From: Caldilineaceae bacterium | Lineage (GTDB): Bacteria; Chloroflexota; Anaerolineae; Caldilineales; Caldilineaceae | Reading direction: 5' to 3' | DNA: 64,000 nt | NCBI GenBank assembly: GCA_041391205.1 | Contig: JAWKOK010000006.1 | Coordinates: forward strand, 50,533 to 114,532 | Shown here: piece after piece, positions 21,001 through 32,070 of the stretch | Position numbering within the stretch: the stretch's first letter is position 1 | Layout of the letters: every line of letters begins with the position of its first letter | The notes under the pieces: generated by a model | Databases searched by the model: none | Seen by the model: only the letters and a program-made list of their open reading frames with translations | Told to the model about the DNA's origin: nothing | Program-made: the position numbers and the translations under genes

Positions 21001-24000
21001 GGCTGGCCGACGCGCAGCGGGACGGCGACCGCATCTACGCCGTGGTCAAGGGCGTGGGCAAATCCAGTGACGGCAAGGGGCTGGCTTGACCGCGTTTCAG
21101 CCCATCGGCCAGTTGCGCGCCTTCACCCGGGCCTACGCGGAGACCGGCTTCGCCGCGCACGCTCGGTCTCTACGAGGCCCACGGCACCGGCACGGTCGTG
21201 GGCGATCGGGCCGAACTGGAGACGATCACGACCACGCTGCACAATGCGGGGGCCTCGCCGCAAACGTGCGCCATCGGCTCGGTCAAGAGCCTGATCGGGC
21301 ACACCAAGAACGCGGCCGGCGTCGCGGGCCTGATCAAGGTCGTCATGGCGCTCTACCACCGCACGTTGCCGCCCCACGCCAACATCGGCGCGCCGCTGGA
21401 CGGCGTCACCGAGGAGGAGAGCCCGGTCTACATGCTCAAGGAGGCGCGGCCGTGGCTGGCCCACCCCGCGCATCCGCGGCGGGCGGCGGTCAGCGCCTTC
21501 GGCTTCGGCGGGGTCAACGCGCATGTGGTGCTGGAGGAGTACGGCGCGTCGCAAGACCGCGCGCCCGCCCGCCCGCGCGGCGAAGACGGCGCGGCCGATT
21601 GGCCCTGTGAACTCTGCCTCTTCTACGGCGCCGACGTCGCCGACTTGACCCGGCAAGTCGACCGGCTGCTGGCCGATCTGGCCGCGGGCGCGACCCCGCG
21701 CCTGGCAGATCTGGCGTACTCACTGGCCCACGCGGCCGTGAACGCGCCGTCGTCCGCAGCGCGGCTGGCCGTCGTCGCCCGGGATCTGGCCGATTTGACC
21801 CAGAGCCTGACCACCGCCCGCGCCCATCTCCAGAACCCCGCGACCCCGTTGCCCGAGACAATTGCGGTGGCGCGGGATGTTCCGGCCGGTGAGCGCACGG
21901 TGGCGTTCCTCTTCCCCGGGCAGGGCGCGCAGACGCCCAACATGGCGCGGGAGGCGGCCCTGTACATCGGCGAGGTGCGTGCGGCGGTCGAGGACGCCGA
22001 CGCCGTGCTCCAGGCGCGCTACCCGCGGCTGCTGAGCTCGTACATCTATCCGCCCGGCGCGTACACACCCGGCGCGGCCATCCGCCAGCAGACGCAGTTG
22101 ACCAACACCCACGTGGCCCAGCCGGCCATCGGCGCGATCTCGGCCGGCCTGCTCGGGCTGCTGCACCGCCTGGGCATCCGGCCGCAGATGGCCGCGGGCC
22201 ACAGCTTCGGCGAACTGACCGCACTCTTTGCCGCCGGCGCGCTCGCCTACCCGGACTTCATCGCGCTGGCCGAGCGCCGGGGCCACGCCATGGCCCAGTG
22301 CACCGTGGAAGGCGGCATGGCCGCGGTCCACGCGCCCCGGGACGAGGTGGAACGTCTGCTGGCGGAACTGCCCCAGGTGGTCTTTGCCGGGCACAACGCG
22401 CCCAACCAGTGCACCATCACCGGCGAGATCAGCGAACTGCGCGCCGCGGGCGAGCGCCTGCAGGCCGCCCACATCCGCATGGACATGTTGCCCGTGTCGG
22501 GGCCGTTCCACTCGCCGCTCATGCTGCCGGCGCTGGATCCGCTGACCGCGGCCATTCGGGCCACGACGTGGCAGGCGCTGCGCGTGCCGGTCTACTCCAA
22601 CGTGGGCGGCGCGGTCTATGCCGGCGGCGCGGCGGCGACGCGCGCCCATCTGGAGGGCCACCTGCTTCAACCCGTGGACTTTGTGGGGCAGGTGGAAAAG
22701 ATGGTGGCCGATGGGGCGGACCTCTTCGTCGAAGTCGGTCCGCGTACCATCCTCAGCGATCTGACCCGTCGCATCGTCGCCGACCCGGCCATTCCAGTGC
22801 TGGCGCTGGACGGGCTGGGCGGCGGGATGCGCGGTCTGCTCGCGGCGCTGGCCAAGCTGGTCTGCAGCGGCGTCCCCTGCGCGCCGGTGCAACTCTTCGC
22901 CGCGCGCGCCGTCACGCGCGTCGACCTGGACAACCTGGCCGCGACCACCGCGCCGCTGCCGCACTCGCCCACGACCATGCTGACCAACGGCGCGACCATC
23001 CGGCGGCCGGATGACGTCCCGAGCCAGCCGCTGCCGGTGACGTCCCTGCGCGAGTTCGTCAAGGGACGCGCGGCCGGCGACGGCCCGGTCGCTCCGGCGG
23101 ATGGCGCCGATGATTATGTCAACAAGAGTGCGCACTCCACGGCGGCGGTGACGACTGCTTCGTCACCGGTCGCACCGATCACGCCGTCGCAGCCAATGTC
23201 GCCGTCACAGCCACCGGCACAACCGGCGCACACGCCCGCGGCCACACCGTTGATCGCGGCCTTTGAAGCGCACCAGGCGACCATGCGCCAGTTCCTCCAA
23301 ACCCAGGAGGCCATCATGCGCGAGTTCCTGGGATCGAGTCCGCTGCCGGCGGCCGCTTCCCCGCCGCCGGTTGCGTCCACGGCCGCCGCGTCCAATGGAG
23401 CCGAGCCCGGTTTCGCGCCGCAAAGTCCACCGGTGACGGAAGCCGCTGCCATGTCGCCCCCGGCGGCAACGCCCGCGGCTGCCAACGCGGCTGCACCCGT
23501 CGCGCCGCCCGCACCGGCAGACGCCACACCGGCCGCGTCCGCCTTGGCCGGCGGCGACCGGCAAGCGTTGACCGAGACGCTGCGCGCCATCGTGGTCGAC
23601 CGCACGGGCTATCCCCCGGAGATGATCGGCGACACGCTGGACCTGGAGGCGGAACTGGGCGTCGACTCCATCAAGCGCATCGAGATTCTGGAGACGCTCA
23701 AGGGGCTGCTGCCCCAGGCGCTGGTGGCCGTCATGCAGGAGCACTTCGAGGCGCTGGTCGGGGCGAACTCGCTGGCCCAGATCGTGGATGCGCTGGTCGC
23801 AAAGGGCGCAGGCGTCGCAGACGGTGCAGAAGCGGTAGATGCGGCTGTGCCCGCGAAGGTCGCGCCGGACGCTGGTCGCGCCGCGCGGACCCACGCGCCA
23901 CGGCCGCCCGGCGCCTTCGTTGCCGGTGACGTCATCCACCGGCTCCGCAGAAAACGACCGGGCCGACCAGAACGCGCCGGGCAACGGCGCACCCACGAAC

Positions 24001-25695
24001 GGCACACACGCGGTAGACGTGCGCGAGGCCGACCCGTCCACCGACGGCGCGCTGCCGGCTTGCCCGCGCTACGTCGTGCGCAGCCGCATGCAGGGTCTAC
24101 CGCGCAGCCGGGGCGCCACGCTCACCGGTCTCTATCTCATCACCGAGGATGCCATGGGCGTCGCGCCCCACGTGGCCGAGGAACTGCGCCGGCGCGGTGC
24201 GGCGGCGACCGTCATCGGGCGCGGGCAGTTGGTCTCCTTCGAAGCGGTGGAGACGGCGGTGCTCCAAGTGCGGCGGCAGAGCGGTCCCGTGCGCGGCATC
24301 GTGCACCTCGCCCCGTTGACCACGCACCCCATGCCGGATACCCTGGACGCCTGGAAGCAGACCACCCAGCAGGAGTGCAAGAGCCTCTTCCAACTGCTCC
24401 GCCTCTGCGCACCGGACCTGGCCACACCTGCGGACGAAGGCCGGCAAGCGGTGGTGGCGGCCTCGTTCATGGGGGGGTATTTCGGCCGGGACGGCGCGGT
24501 GGAGCCGGGGCTGCCGTCCGGGGGCAGCAGCGTGGGCCTGCTGAAATCCCTGCGCACGGAATGGCCCCATCTCCACGTGCGCGCCGTGGACTTGGACGGC
24601 TATGTGGACGCACACGAGAGCGCGGCGCTCATCGTCGCCGAGCTGCTGGCCGACGACAGCACTGTGGAGGTGGGTTACCCCATGGGCATGCGCGCCGTGC
24701 CGGAGATCGTGGCGGCGCCGCTGCCGGAGCAACTCGTCGGTCGCCACTACCCCGCGCCTGCGTCGGATTGGGTGGCGTTGGTGACGGGCGGGGCGCGCGG
24801 CATCACGGCCGCGATTGCGCGCCGGCTGGTGCTGCCCGGCATGACGGTCCACGTAGTGGGGCGCACGCCGCTCGCCGCGCCCGAGGCTGACGAACTGGCC
24901 GCGTTACACGACGTGCAGGCGCTGCGCGATCACTTCATTGCGCAAGCGCGCGCGGCCGGCACATCCGCCACGCCGGCTGCGCTGGAAGAGCAGGTGCGCG
25001 CCGTCCTGCGCGGGCGGGAGATGCGGGCCAACTTGGCGCAGTTGGAGGCCCAGGGTGCGCGGGTGGAATACCACGCCGTGGACGTGCGCGACGAAGCGGC
25101 CATGCAGACGTTGCTGCGCGGCATCTACGCGCGCTTCGGGCGGCTGGACGTGGTGGTCCACGGCGCCGGTGTCATTGCCGACCGCCTGCTGGCCGACAAA
25201 GATCCCGCGGCGTTCGACCGTGTGTTCGACACCAAGGTGGACAGCATCTACCTGTTGAGCCGCTTCCTGCAGCCGGAGACGCTCAAGCATGTGATGCTCT
25301 TCGGCTCGGTGGCGGGGCGTCACGGCAACGTGGGGCAGACCGACTACGCCGCGGCCAACGAGGTGCTGAACCGTTTCGGCTGGTGGCTGCGGGGCCGGTG
25401 GCCGTCGGTCCACGTGACGACCGTCAACTGGGGGCCGTGGGCCGGCATCGGCATGGCGGACGCGGCGATCATGGACGCGTTGCGGGCGCGCGGCATCATG
25501 CCCGTGGCGCCGGAGGCCGGCATCCGCTTCTTCATGGACGAACTGGTGCACGGCGACGGGACAAGCGAGGTGATCGCGGGCGACGGTCCGTGGCACGCCG
25601 ACGCCACTCCGCCCGCGGCCCACAGCATCGACCTGCACGCGCTCTTCCACGAGATCGATCTGGCGGTGGAACAGATTTGGCGCAGCGACGCGTGA
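18097..25695 (+). CDS. Single-module type I polyketide / secondary-lipid synthase: NMO-like, PfaD-type enoyl reductase, KS, AT, ACP, KR
   Basis: Domain evidence: ER has YPIIQGPMTRVSD...FEGRECGGHIGP...VFAGGIHD. KS has DVAIIGISLIMPGA, VDAACA-SSL (Cys codon 20781-20783), EAHGTGT, GHTKNAAG. AT has FLFPGQGAQ, GHSFGE, GPFHSPLM. ACP has LGVDSIKRIEIL. KR has VTGGARGIT...GSVAGRHGNVGQTDYAAAN. The gene is intact over 18097-20720 and 21200-23880. There are about 6 frame switches in 20720-21200 and one near 23900. Confidence 0.85.
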
Positions 25696-25733
25696 CCGGG
25701 GGCGGCGCGCAGGGCGCGGACGGGAGGCGTGCC

Positions 25734-26576
25734 ATGGCAGAGCAGGCGGCTACGATCGAGCAACAGCTACGCCGCAATGCCGCGTTGTATTTTCCCCACG
25801 CGCTGGGGAAGGTGGCGCCCAAGCACGTGGCCAAAGAGGCGTCAGCCTATGCCCGCGCGGCGGTCGCTCGTGGCACGCCGCTGCGCGCCAAATTCGTCAT
25901 CATGACGCGCGGGCGTGCGGGCAGTGGTCTGCTGGTCGATCTGCTCAACAGTCACCCGCAGATTCGCTGCCAGACCGAGCTGCTCCACGACCGCATGTTG
26001 TTTCCGCGGCGCTACCTGCGCGCCAACGAACGGCTGGCCAGATTGCCGGTCTTCGGCTTCAAGCTGCTCTCCTACCAGATGATCGGCGTGCAGAAACTCG
26101 CCAGCCCGGCCGGGTTCCTGCACGAGCTTGCCGGCGACGGTTACTCCGTGATCTACCTCTGGCGGCGCAATTTGCTGCGCCAGATTTTGTCGCTGCTCTA
26201 CGCCGCGGAGCGACGCTCGTTCCACAGCCACGCCGGCGACGATGTCGCCCACACCACCATGCGTGTGGACCCGGCGATCGTGCTGAGCTGGCTGGAGTTC
26301 AGCACCCGGTTGGGCGAGTGGGAGCGTAGTGTGCTTGCCGAGCTGCCGTATGTCGATGTGACCTACGAGGACGATCTCAGCCGCAGCGAGGCTCAGCAGG
26401 CGACGGTGGCGCGCATCACCACGCGGCTGGGACTGGAGCCGGCGCCCGTGCAGTCCACGCTCACGCCGAGCACCCCGCGCGCGCTCGACGACTTCGTGGC
26501 CAACGCGGACGAGTTGCGCCGCAGCCTGGCCGGTACACCGTACGCCCAGTATCTGGACGCGCCGCACGCCGGCTGA
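25734..26576 (+). CDS. Stf0-like sulfotransferase
   Basis: GGGAGG precedes ATG 25734. The intact 280-aa protein has FVIMTRGRAGSGLLVDLL (PAPS loop) and VIYLWRRNLLRQILS, comparable to the Stf0 (trehalose 2-sulfotransferase) family layout. Confidence 0.65.
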   Translation: MAEQAATIEQQLRRNAALYFPHALGKVAPKHVAKEASAYARAAVARGTPLRAKFVIMTRGRAGSGLLVDLLNSHPQIRCQTELLHDRMLFPRRYLRANERLARLPVFGFKLLSYQMIGVQKLASPAGFLHELAGDGYSVIYLWRRNLLRQILSLLYAAERRSFHSHAGDDVAHTTMRVDPAIVLSWLEFSTRLGEWERSVLAELPYVDVTYEDDLSRSEAQQATVARITTRLGLEPAPVQSTLTPSTPRALDDFVANADELRRSLAGTPYAQYLDAPHAG

Positions 26577-27764
26577 TTGCGCCTCGTCCCGACGCCGGCC
26601 GACGCGCGCCCGTCCGGCCCACATGAGAGGTTGGCTGATCCATTGACGATTTCCACACACCCCAAGTTGGGCTCGCTCCTCTACCACAGCCACCACACCG
26701 TCGGCGTGGGCCATCTGGTGCGCGCCCTCGCCCTGGTGGCGGCGCTGCAAACACGCTTTGACGTGACGTTTCTCTCCGGCGGCGTCTTCCCCGCGGGCCT
26801 GGCGATTCCGCCGGGCGTCAACTTCGTCCAGTTGCCCGCACTCATGCGCGCGGCGAGCGGGCGGCCCCAGAGCGCAGGCAGCGACCGGCCCTGGACCGAG
26901 ACCATGGAATTGCGGCGCGCGGCGGTGCTGGCTCACTTTGCGCACGTCGCGCCCGCCGTGGTCGTGGTCGAGTCGTTCCCCTTCGGCCACCGGCTGTTGA
27001 TGAGCGAGCTGCTCTCGTTGTTGGACGCCAACCGCCACCGCGCGGGCGGTCCGGCCCGCGTCTACGCCAGCATCCGGGACATCATGGAGCGGGACAAGGA
27101 CGCCCCAGTTGTACGACGACCTGGCCGCCAGCCTGGCCAACCACTACTTCGACGGCATTCTGGTCCACACCGACCCGCGCTTCATCACCCTGGACGCCAC
27201 CTTCCAGCCCAAGGTGCCGCTGGCGTGCCGGTCCACCACACCGGCTTCGTGACGAGGACCGGCCCGTTGACTGCGCCGGAGCGTGACGCGACGCCCGCCA
27301 GGCCGTACCTGCTGGCCTCGGCCGGGGGCGGGCGGGTCGGCGGGCCGCTGCTGCGGGCGGTGCTCGCGGCCTACCTTGCGTCCGACCTGCCACGGCGCGT
27401 GGACCTGGTCGTGGTCACGGGGCCGTTTTTGCCGGAGGAAGAGTGTGCCCGGCTGGAGACGACGGCGGCGCGCTATGCCAATGTCAAAATTCTGCGCTGG
27501 ACCGACGACATGCGCGGCCTGATGCGCCACGCGGCCGGCTCGGTGAGCCAGTGCGGCTACAACACGACCATGGACCTGTTGGCGTCCGGCGTGCCCGCGC
27601 TGGTCGTGCCCTATCACACGCCCCACGACTTTGAGCAGAGCACCCGCGCCGCGATTGGCGGGCGCGGGCTGGTGCGCACGCTCGCGCCCGGCGCGCTGGA
27701 TGAAGCCGCCCTGGGCCGGGAACTGGCTGCGCTGCTGGACTTCAAGCCGGCGCACCGGGCCTGA
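26577..27764 (+). CDS. Glycosyltransferase, GT28/MurG-like C-terminal domain family (start uncertain; contains a compensating frameshift pair)
   Basis: LLYHSHHTVGVGHL is the N-terminal G-rich loop, and SVSQCGYNTTMDLLASGVPALVVP is the Glyco_tran_28_C motif. Region 27103-27224 reads sensibly (QLYDDLAASLANHYFDGILVHTDPRFITLD) only in another frame. Confidence 0.65.
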   Translation: MRLVPTPADARPSGPHERLADPLTISTHPKLGSLLYHSHHTVGVGHLVRALALVAALQTRFDVTFLSGGVFPAGLAIPPGVNFVQLPALMRAASGRPQSAGSDRPWTETMELRRAAVLAHFAHVAPAVVVVESFPFGHRLLMSELLSLLDANRHRAGGPARVYASIRDIMERDKDAPVVRRPGRQPGQPLLRRHSGPHRPALHHPGRHLPAQGAAGVPVHHTGFVTRTGPLTAPERDATPARPYLLASAGGGRVGGPLLRAVLAAYLASDLPRRVDLVVVTGPFLPEEECARLETTAARYANVKILRWTDDMRGLMRHAAGSVSQCGYNTTMDLLASGVPALVVPYHTPHDFEQSTRAAIGGRGLVRTLAPGALDEAALGRELAALLDFKPAHRA

Positions 27765-27880
27765 ACCTGGACGGCGCGGCCACCTGCCGCACAGATCGTG
27801 GCCGCCGCCGTCGCACAAGATGCCGTCGCACGGGGTCCGGTCGCCGACGGCAATGTCGCCCACCCAGGAGGCAGTCGCCC

Positions 27881-29075
27881 ATGAGCGCGGACCCGCAGAC
27901 ACGGCCGCGCTGCGGCTTGATCATCAACACGTTGAAACCCGAGGGCGGCATGGGACTCTCCGTGCGCCGCCACATCCACCTGCTCGCGGACGACGTCGAC
28001 ATCATCCCCATCGCGCTGGAACTGTCGGGCAACGAGCGGGATTGGTGCGGACGGGTGGAGCAGCTGACGCTCGACGGCGTGCGCGCCTACCGCATTCACG
28101 CCGCGGACCTGCGCGTCGACCGGGTGAGCGGCAACACGGACATGCGCCATCGCACCTTTGTGGACGAGTTGGTGCGCATCGCCCAGCGAAAGCTGGACGT
28201 GCTGCACGTCTTCGGCGCATTCGAACTGCGCCCCTTCGTGGCCGCGTTGGCCGCGGTCGAGGCCGACATCCCGCTCATCGTCACGTTTCGCGGCTCGGAC
28301 CTGGACATCCGCATCTTCGGCAGCAACTTCGCCCACATGCAGGCCGCAGTGCGCTGCGCCGCCGCCTGCGTCTGCCTCAACGCCGGCGCGCCGGGTGGTG
28401 GAGCGGGTGCTGCAGCCGCAGGCGACAGTCTACGAAATCCCGAACCACATCGAGCCGGAGCCTGCCGACGGTGCGCCGCCCGCGCCCGTCCGCTTGAGCC
28501 ACGACGGCGCGCCGGTGATCGGGTGCGTGGGCGAGTTTCGCCGGGTCATCGGGCTGGACTGGCTGTTGGCGGCGTTCGCCCGGGTCGCCGCGGAGATGCC
28601 GTGCCGGCTGGCGCTCATCGGCCCCGTCCGCGACACGGAGGCGCTCTACTACACGCCGCTCATCGACCGCCATCCCTTCGTGCAGCGCATTCTGCGCGTG
28701 GGACCGGTGGAGCACGCGCAGATTCCGGCCTATCTCAACGCCTGCGATCTGCTCGTCTTCCCGTCGGTCAGCGACGGCTCGCCCAACAAGGTGCTGGAAG
28801 CCATGCGCGCGGCGCGCCCCATCATCGCAGCGCCGGTGGGCGGCATTCTCGAGATGATTCGGCACGAGCGGGAGGGGCTGCTGGTCGACCCGCGCGCCAC
28901 CGACGACCTGGCCGCGGCCATCACCCGCCTGCTGCGTAACCCCGAGGACGCGCGCGCGTTGGGGCAGGCGGCACGTGAACGCGCCATGACCCACTTCACC
29001 GCCGCGCGCGAGTTGGCGGCGTGGCAAGCATGTTATCGCGCGGTGTTGGGCAAGGGAGAGCCGGCGCGCGGTTGA
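27881..29075 (+). CDS. Glycosyltransferase family 4 (frame-disrupted once, near 28385)
   Basis: AGGAGG precedes ATG 27881. The C-terminal FPSVSDGSPNKVLEAMRAARPIIAAPVGG is the GT4 E-x7-E region. Confidence 0.7.
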
Positions 29076-29098
29076 GCGTCTGCGTCAGGTCGACGCGC

Positions 29099-32070
29099 TC
29101 AGGCAAGCTGCCGCTTGGCCAGTTCGTGGAAGAGGCCGGGCTGGGCCATCAACTCGGCGTACGGGCCCGACTGCACCACCTTGCCGTCCTGGATGACGAA
29201 GATGCGGTCGGCCGCCACGATGGTGCTCAGCCGGTGGGCGATGACAATGCGCGTGACCTGGAGACCGTCCAGATTTTCGCTGACGATGCTCTGGGTTTCG
29301 TTGTCCAGCGCGCTGGTCGCTTCGTCGAAGATGAGATAGCGGGGGTGTCCCACCACGGCCCGGGCGATCATCAAGCGCTGCATCTGGCCGCCGGAGAATG
29401 TTGAGCCGCCCTCGGCGATCATGGTGTACATGCCCATGGGCATCTGTTTGATGTCGTTGGCCAGCCCCGCGATGCGCGCAGCTTCCCAGGCGTCGTCCTC
29501 GGAGAGCAGCGACGTGCCGACAATGTTGTCCAGCACGGTGCCGGGCGTCACCTTCCCGTTCTGCAGGACGACGCCGATCTGTCGCCGCACCGCCTGCACG
29601 TTGAGCGTGCGCAGATCCTGGCCGTCGTAGTAGACGCCGCCGCCCTTCACCGGCTCCTCGAACCCCAGCAGCATACGCACGATGGTCGACTTGCCCGCGC
29701 CCGACGGCCCGACGATGGCGACCATTTCCCCCGGCTTGGCGTCCAAGGTGATGCCATCCAGCACCAGCGGACCGTCGGGGTCATAGCGGAAGCTGACTTG
29801 ATACAGCGCCACGCGGCCGTTCAACACGCCGGGGTCGGCCTTGCCGGTGGTGACTTCCGGCCGCGTCTGGAGGATGGGCCGCGCCCGCTCGAAATAGGGC
29901 ACCGCGTTGAGCACGCCGGTGAAGGCCTGCACCTGTTTGAGCGACGCGCTCAGAAACTGGCTGAAGGCCACGTTGAACGAGACGAAGACGCTCACCGAAA
30001 AGGTGTTGCCGCCCAGCCAGAGCGCGATGGACGCAAAGATGGCCATGGAACTGATCAGCGGAAACGCAGATTTGAAGAAGGCGAGCAGATTGTCCACGGT
30101 GCCCGCGGCGTAGGCGTAGTGCTGCTGCTTGGCATAGCCGTCCGACCAGACGCCGAACGCGGTGTCCTCCGCGCCGGCGATGCGAATCTTGCTGATGCCG
30201 GTGAGCAGTTGCAGCACGAGGCCGGAGACCTCGCCCTGGAGCTGAGTGGTCTGCCGCTGGAAGCGCAATTGATAGTAGCTTGTGCCCACGCTCACGCCGA
30301 CGATGATGAGCGCCAGCAACAGCGCCACCAACGCCAGCGCCGGGCTGAGATAGAAGAGCAGCCCGAAGTTGACCAGCGAGAAGACGCCGCTGACCATGGC
30401 CGTGATGGTGGCGTCGCTCAAGAGTTGGCGAATGTTGTTGATGCCGTAGGCGCGGCTGGCCAGGTCGCCCGCGGTGTAGCCGCGGAAGAAATCCACCGGC
30501 AGGCTGAGAAGGCGATCCCAGATGGCGGCGGCCAGCGCACCCGTGCTCTTGGTCTGAAAGCGCAAGATGGCGAACTGCTGAACGATGGAGAAGAGCATGG
30601 TGGCGACCGCGGCCATGACCAGGGCCGCGCCGATGATCAGCAGCTCCGAGCGCTGGTTGTTGGGAATCAGCGTGTGCACGATCCAGCCCGTGGCGATGGG
30701 GATGAGCAGGCCGAGCAACGCCATGGCCAGCCCCATGAGCCCGATCATGATGAGGTCGCGCCGCATGCCCTTGAGGCTGAAACGCACCATCTCCCGGGTC
30801 GAGACGGGTTCGTCGCCGAACTTGGCGTAGAAAACGTACGCATCCGGCTGCAACGTCTTGGCCACGTCCGCGGTGACGGGCACGCTCGTGCCGTCGGCCT
30901 TGACCATGCGGTAGCGGGTGGGCGATTTTTGAGCAGGGCGACCGGCGTGCCGTCGGTGGTGATGGCCAGGAGGGGACCGTTGTCCTTCTGCCACCACTGA
31001 TCGGCCAGACGCACCCGGCGCTTTTGGACGCGCGAGGCGAAGGCGATCTGGTCCAACTCGTCACGGTTGGCCAGATCGCGCTCGGCCTCGATGGGCGGCA
31101 CAAACTCCAGGCCCATCACGTCCCCGATCAGACGGCAGACGCGCAGCAGATCGGAGTCGGCGGGACCGGCCACCGCGCTCTCTGCGGGTGCGCGGCCCAC
31201 GTCCAGCACACGGGCCAACCGGGCGGCGCCGTCGGTGACCACGCTCTGCCGGAAGTCCAGACGCTCCTGCAACTGCTGCGTCAGCGCGGCCAGGGTCGAC
31301 GCGGCTGGGCCGCGAGCGGCCTGCACCTGGGCATGCAGGGACTCCACCAACGTGGACGGCGGCACCTGCGCGATGGCATCGGCCGCGGCCAGGTGGCCAG
31401 ATTGACGGCCGACTCGGCCTGAAGCCACACGTCGAAGACGTCGCCCTGTTCGGCCAAGGGAATCCACTGGTCGCCGGCAAGCTCCGGCAGCGCCAGCGTC
31501 CCACCGATTTTACTGTGACCGTCGCTTTGGTGCACCCAGACCACCGGGGCATCGGGGCGGGCGGCCTTGTCCTTGTCCAATTGCACGGTCTGGCCCGCCT
31601 GCAGCGGCGTGGCGTCGTTGGGCGGGAAGGCGCTGCCCAGCACCGCGGTGACGGCTGCGACCCACGCGTCCAGCCCGGCGGCGACCTGGGCGCGGGATGC
31701 GTCAGCGGCCGCCTGGGCGTCGAGCCAGTTGGCGTCGAGCTTGGACAACCGGGTGTCGCTGTCGCCCACGGCCAGCAAGCCGATGCTGACGGCGCCCGTG
31801 CCGTCGGCGGCCGCCTCGTTACCGGCGGGCGTGGCCGGCACGCCGAGCATGAGCGCGCCGGCGTGGAGCGTCCCCACATACTCGCGCGCCGATGACGTCG
31901 CCGCCTTGCTGGGGCACGGAAAAGAGGTCGACCTCGCCCTGTGTCACGACCCAGACGGTCTGGGGGTCGGACAACAGGATCGGCTTGTTGCCGCCGTAGA
32001 CGTCAGGCGGCGCGCTCTGGGTTGCCACGTCCACAAGAGACGGCGGCGCGCCGTTGGCTTGTTCGCTCAT
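29099..32070 (-). CDS. NHLP-type bacteriocin-export ABC transporter permease/ATPase with N-terminal cyclic-nucleotide-binding-like region (frame-disrupted near 31870, 31400 and 30990)
   Basis: The N-terminus VWVVTQGEVDLFSV is cNMP-binding-like. Six TM helices follow, then Walker A GPSGAGKST, signature FSGGQMQR, Walker B LIFDEATSALD and VIAHRLSTI. The ATG overlaps the upstream gene's stop. Confidence 0.75.

Noticed and set aside
23100-23560. Ala/Pro-rich low-complexity stretch (PVAPITPSQPMSPSQPPAQPAHTPAATP...AAPVAPPAPADATPAASA) as a separate repeat protein or DNA repeat.
   Set aside because: It is in frame with, and continuous between, the AT and ACP domains of the PKS. It is typical of PUFA/PKS interdomain linkers.
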